From positions 1-24,764 of the forward strand of contig CAJINV010000048.1 in NCBI GenBank assembly GCA_905178155.1: a stretch of 24,764 nt of DNA, written 5' to 3'. The notes under the pieces are model-generated. The model saw only the letters and a program-made list of their open reading frames with translations. It searched no databases and was not told the origin of the DNA. This stretch comes from Amoebophrya sp. A120 (lineage: Eukaryota > Protista > Dinoflagellata). Of this stretch, positions 20,064 to 24,764 are shown piece by piece; within the stretch, counting starts at the first letter, position 1, and each line of letters opens with the position of its first letter. The position numbers and the translations under genes are program-made.

Positions 20064-21408
20064 ACGGGACAGGATCGTCGTCGTCAAAGGTGGTTACTGG
20101 AAGAAGCGACGGAGTGTCTGCTTCCGAATCCGGGCACGACCACGAGGAACGAATATGACTTGTTGTTTTTCGCACCTTGCAAAGCAGAACCACTACTGTA
20201 ACTTGATCCTGCAACTAAGCATAAAACCAGATCCAGAATTACATGAAGAAATGACGAAACGAACGTCGAAGTACTCGCAAGTGAGTCGTCGAAACAGGCA
20301 TTGCCAGTAAGAATTCAAAAAGGAAACAATACAAAAAATTATAATAGCTGCATTTGGACGAACGCCGAATAACAATAAGAGCTGGGAAGACCTACTAGCA
20401 CGACAGTGATCGATGTCTTGTGCAGAGACACTTTCAGGTTACCAACCATGGCTGAAGAGATTGACAGTTTTTTGGTAAGCAGTACACTTCTTACAGTACG
20501 TTATTCAAATCAAAAAGGAATTCTAAGTACATTTTTTTTCGTTTACCTCTCTCTCTTTTGTTGTCACCTACCCATCAAAATACCATGAGTTACTAAATCT
20601 AAAATATTGAATATTCAACAACCTTGTGGACATTTTCGAAGGCAGTCAGACGGCACATAATTTCAAACTCAGAAATTGAGAAAACCAGCAGTCTTGTTGG
20701 CGCTGGGTTTCTTCGTGTATAAAAATGTTTCACCATGCAAAAGTATCTCTGAAAGTCCAAATATTTTTTAAGAAGCACTTAGCAAGTAGGCTTTTTGCTT
20801 CCCAGCACGTCGAGATTTCATCTATACGTGACATCACAAAAACAATAGAATTTTCTGCCAAAATTACCTCTTTCAGCATTGTCGAAGCTCTACACAGACC
20901 ATAACCATTTGTAAGCATGCATTTTTGTCAAGACCGTGTTGCAGTTTGCCACGACATGCATACACAATCGTAACCGTCGAGCAACAAGGAAAGGTCGCAC
21001 AGAATCCATTCGTATGAAGCCAGAATTGAACCATTGGAACCTTCCTTGACGACACTCGAGACGGACACCTAAATTTATTTGCAATCGATTGTTAAACGAA
21101 AAATACAAAGAAATAGGCGTGAATCCAAGAACCTCGCGCGTCGAGCTCTTTGAGGAGCTAACAGAGGATTAGTCAAAATCATGTTCAAGTACTGAATCCG
21201 TAACCTTAGAAATCGTCCTCGTTGTCGTGTGTCGTGTACGTCGTCGAGAAAAAAAGCGAGAGTCGTGAGTGCGCAAATCGCCCAGAGGAGGAACATGATC
21301 CCGAGCTTCGATGAATCGGATGTAACAAACAACAGACCCATTTCTACATCCACCCAAAAATAGCTCTTGTACTTGATTTGGTCTTGTTGTACAAAATTTT
21401 CAGTCAAG

Positions 21409-22992
21409 ATGCCCACAACCCCGGCACCCGCGAAAGGTATTCAGTACGCCGACGACCAAGGATGTGCTGCGGTTGGGAGAAAGGACACAACTTGTCGCGA
21501 GGAGCAAAAGTCTGCTACTCCTGCCGCCGACGACGCCACTCAATTGCAGCCCTTGACAATTGTTGCTGGGCTGAGTGGGATAGAGAAGACCTTCACGGTC
21601 GACCCCGATGTCGTCTGCACTGTCGGTGACTTAACGCCGTTTCTGCAGAGCGCACCTGACCTGGCTACGCTTTTCCACCCCGACAAAAACAGCCCCCTGC
21701 CGATCAGGATCCGGGCCTCCAGATTCGCCTGGCTGCGAAAACCTGCGCCGCAAGCGAAATGCAGCACCGCGAATCATGCAATCGCGTCTCCTCCGTCTGC
21801 TTGTTTATCTGGAAAGGAGCCTGCTGACGTGACAAAGCAGCATAAAAAGGACGTGACCGCGTCAGCTGTGGTGGGTACTTCTCCGCTAGTGACTTGTTCC
21901 CCCTCTCGGAATAAACATTTGCTGGGCGAAAGTGAGGACGACTCTTGTCGAGACGCTGCCGGCGGACGCGAAGCTGCGTCGGAGAACGAGGCGGACAGCG
22001 TCGTGCACGAATCTGATGACGACGACGACGTTTTGGAGGAGATTGCGGAGGATCCGAAAGAGGAACTGCGGTTTGATGGAACCAAGTACCGGTACGTCAT
22101 TCGGACTGCGGAGAAAGTGATCCCGACCGATGCCCAGGGTTTTCCGACTTCCAGCGGCGATGTCGCGGACTGGATTTTCGACCAGGAGTACAAAAAGTTG
22201 GACTGGTCGTCAGAGGACCTGGTCGGGGCATTCCGCTCTAAAAAAGCCGAAAGCGATGTGCGAACCGTGTTCCCGCTGCACCGCCACACGCTCGAAGATA
22301 TGCAAGACACTGAGTGTTTGTTTCAGCAGTATCGGGTGGTTGCCGAGGTTCTGCGCATGACCGACGAGGAATGGAGCCGCCACGGCTGGCGAGACCAAAC
22401 CGCTGCTGAATTCAAGAGCATCATCGCGGAGTTGCGCGCAAAGTTGTCTCCAGCGGAACGGCATGATCAAAAAACGAACACAAAGCTCCACAAAATGGGG
22501 ATCGTTCACCGCCAGTACTTCAAATTACGGCCGTCGCAATACAAGAGTTTTCGTCAGGAGTATGCAGAGCGGATTCTGACGCGCTTTCTGACGTACAACT
22601 TCAACGAACGTCCTTTACGTGCGTACGGCGTCGGTTTACAGCATGCAGATACAGAAGTAGAAAAGCGTTTCGTTCAGATGATCGTGAAACCGGCGTTGCG
22701 ACATATCACTCGCTGGTCGCAGGCGGACCTTCCCGGCTTGCTGTGGTATTTGCGATTTCCTGAAGAACTATTGGACGAAGAGTCCCCCGTCGTCCAGTTT
22801 GTTGATCTAACTGACCCGCTCCAGATTGCGCCGCTCACGGAACTGTTCCGGAAGATCGGCACGAGGCGTGGCGCATGGAGAGCCATCCGAGATACGCTGA
22901 AGGAGGAGCTGCTGGACTTTTTCCGCCGTTGTGAGGACGACGATTTTTTTTCTTTTCCCGAAATTCGAATCGCAATCGGAAGCGTATTTTAA
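21409..22992 (+). CDS. Hypothetical 527-aa protein
   Basis: Long ORF with first ATG at 21409 in CAAGATG context, acidic linker and AT-rich sequence after the stop. Confidence 0.75.
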   Translation: MPTTPAPAKGIQYADDQGCAAVGRKDTTCREEQKSATPAADDATQLQPLTIVAGLSGIEKTFTVDPDVVCTVGDLTPFLQSAPDLATLFHPDKNSPLPIRIRASRFAWLRKPAPQAKCSTANHAIASPPSACLSGKEPADVTKQHKKDVTASAVVGTSPLVTCSPSRNKHLLGESEDDSCRDAAGGREAASENEADSVVHESDDDDDVLEEIAEDPKEELRFDGTKYRYVIRTAEKVIPTDAQGFPTSSGDVADWIFDQEYKKLDWSSEDLVGAFRSKKAESDVRTVFPLHRHTLEDMQDTECLFQQYRVVAEVLRMTDEEWSRHGWRDQTAAEFKSIIAELRAKLSPAERHDQKTNTKLHKMGIVHRQYFKLRPSQYKSFRQEYAERILTRFLTYNFNERPLRAYGVGLQHADTEVEKRFVQMIVKPALRHITRWSQADLPGLLWYLRFPEELLDEESPVVQFVDLTDPLQIAPLTELFRKIGTRRGAWRAIRDTLKEELLDFFRRCEDDDFFSFPEIRIAIGSVF

Positions 22993-23203
22993 CCTCTTCT
23001 ACGCGCAGACACATATGATATTTATTATATTCGATTCGTATTTATTTTTATCCGAATTTATTGCGTGATTTGCAGTGAGTACATTTGTGTTGGGAGGTAA
23101 AAGAGAAAAACAACAAGATGTTGCACTTGCTTTTTATCAATGCTATGAATTTTTTTTTTATTTATTCAGGAGGTGGACACAGTAGCATCAAATTGAAATC
23201 CAA

Positions 23204-23629
23204 ATGCAGATTGACGAAGAGAGCCGCCATCAGTTTTTGGCCTCCGCGGATCACATGACCGAGGTCTGCATGCCGATCACACGCGTGTTCACGGACGCCA
23301 TGACAACAGTGGGCTTCGGAGCGTACGCGGAGGACGTCTTGCGTGTGCTGAGAAACCCGAAAAAACGTGCGCAGCAGCTTGTGCAGCGTGCAGAGCAACT
23401 CGCCAAGGAGTTCGAACACATGTTTGCCCCCCCACAAGAGCCGCAGCCCGACGACGGCGACGAAAGCCAGGATGACGAGGATCATGATGATAATGGTGGA
23501 AGCGAGAACTATGAGCAGTCGGACCAGTGGACCGTCTGCTCGTCATCGTCTTCACCGTCGAGCCATCGATCGAACGAAGTTGCGGATCCACCAATCGGGG
23601 AGCTCGAGGTGATCGAGCTATCGGACTGA
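23204..23629 (+). CDS. Hypothetical 141-aa protein with acidic, Ser-rich tail
   Basis: AAATG start, GC-rich coding-like island between AT-rich flanks. It could be only part of a gene. Confidence 0.55.
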   Translation: MQIDEESRHQFLASADHMTEVCMPITRVFTDAMTTVGFGAYAEDVLRVLRNPKKRAQQLVQRAEQLAKEFEHMFAPPQEPQPDDGDESQDDEDHDDNGGSENYEQSDQWTVCSSSSSPSSHRSNEVADPPIGELEVIELSD

Positions 23630-23994
23630 GATGAATCAGGACGAGATTCCAAGAAAAATGCAACACCCTGGAGTTTTGAACTAAGAAGCAAATTAATGTA
23701 ACCAACGACGAGGACGATTTTTATTTGTTGCTGCTCTCTGGTTTATTTGAATTTTTTCTCACGTACTAAAAACACAGCACCAGTGACTTCTAATTTAAAA
23801 TTTACTATTACTAATTTTGTACATTACAATAGTGTAGTACTAGCCATAACAGTTTCTGTCCCGTTGCTCCTTCGTAAGCAGCCGCAGCTGAAAGAATACA
23901 ATGAATATACTTACAATATAATCAAAAGCTTTAATAGCGACGTTCAAGAGCCGCATCGTTGCGTCTTTGTTTATGGCTTCACCAGCAACAGCGA

Positions 23995-24091
23995 CCGGCC
24001 GTAATCTGGTAACCAAAGTGTGCGCAAGCGCTCGCAGGTGAGACCTGCCGTCCCATAGCGTGCGCAAGTGCCCGGCCGTAATCTGGTAACC
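23995..24091. repeat. Perfect 20-bp direct repeat, 77 bp apart
   Basis: CCGGCCGTAATCTGGTAACC at 23995-24014 and 24072-24091. Confidence 0.85.
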
Positions 24092-24273
24092 CCGCGCCGG
24101 GTGCTTGGCCGCCTCCTGTTCCAAAGAAGTATGTCAGTAGATAGTCAATAGCTCGGCTACCCTCGGATCCGCGAATCTGTTGCCGCCTTCGTCCTCCACC
24201 TCGCCAACTTCAGTGTCGTTTTATTTTTACTCATTTCTTTGTTTCATGAACGGAGAAATAAGATGAGAAAAAC

Positions 24274-24764
24274 GGCGCCTCCACATCTCCCGGTCCAACA
24301 CGTAGCTGCAAAGTCTGTCTGGTCCAAGCAACTCCCGATCTGCCGGTCCGGCTTGCAGCGGCAGAGTCCGCTTGTTCCAAGCGGAGGCGCCCGGCCCTGG
24401 CGCCTCCACATCTGCGGGTTCGATCTGCAGCTGCAGAGCCCGGCTGGTCCGAGCGAAGACGCCGGGGCCCGGCGCCTCGCTCGACATCTGCATCTGCTGT
24501 TTCGATGGACTTGCAGCTGCAAAGCCCGGTTGGTCCGAGCGAAGGCGCCGGGCCCCGGCGCCTCCCCATCTCCCGGTCCGGCTGGTAGCTGCAAAGCTTG
24601 GCTGGTCCAAACGGAGGCGCCGGGCCCCGGCGCCTCCCCACCTTCCGGTCCGACTTCCAGGCAGCTGCAAAGCCCGCTTGGTCCGAGCGGAGGCGCCGGG
24701 CCCCGGCGCCTCCCCATCTCCCGGTCCGGCTTGTAGTTGCAAAACTTGGCTGGTCCAGGCGGAG
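24274..24764. repeat. GC-rich ~72-bp tandem repeat with an internal hairpin, running off the window end
   Basis: GGCGCCTC anchors at 24274, 24399, 24471, 24557, 24629 and 24705. The best-conserved units contain GGAGGCGCCGG-GCC-CCGGCGCCTCC. Confidence 0.9.

Noticed and set aside
17940-20087. 715-aa minus-strand ORF
   Set aside because: Antisense shadow of KatG caused by extreme GC3 bias; no recognisable motifs.
24274-24764. CRISPR array
   Set aside because: The sequences between hairpins are homologous to each other rather than unique spacers, no cas genes are present, and the context is eukaryotic.

Overview
Eukaryotic, gene-dense genomic DNA; every gene called here lies on the + strand. 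It is most likely from a syndinian/dinoflagellate parasite such as Amoebophrya (inferred from intron architecture and low-complexity protein inserts). The main signal is six transposon-like introns (introners) interrupting three genes: a GH47 alpha-1,2-mannosidase fused to a GT-A/GT2-like domain (3 introns), a polytopic membrane protein (1) and a KatG catalase-peroxidase (2). Deleting each element plus one flanking repeat restores the reading frame, and in GH47 and KatG also the conserved motifs. No register within the flanking repeats gives GT-AG; only KatG intron 1 has a nearby in-frame GT-AG alternative. Apart from the related pair in GH47, the inverted repeats differ between elements. All six nevertheless share one end grammar: 5-bp target duplication, TA termini, an A-tract near position 11 mirrored by a T-tract, 12-24 bp sub-terminal inverted repeats, and multiple internal TGT[ACG]ATGC motifs. 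One introner carries a nested 668-bp insert with a 15-bp flanking duplication, UUCG hairpins and a spliced-leader-like 15-mer. The window also holds a 5'-truncated RTE-like non-LTR retrotransposon ORF ending in an AP2-like domain with a structured 3' tail, two tandem F-box-like paralogs, several hypothetical genes, a 55-aa basic smORF and a hairpin-bearing ~72-bp satellite. All assignments were made by eye; no searches were run.
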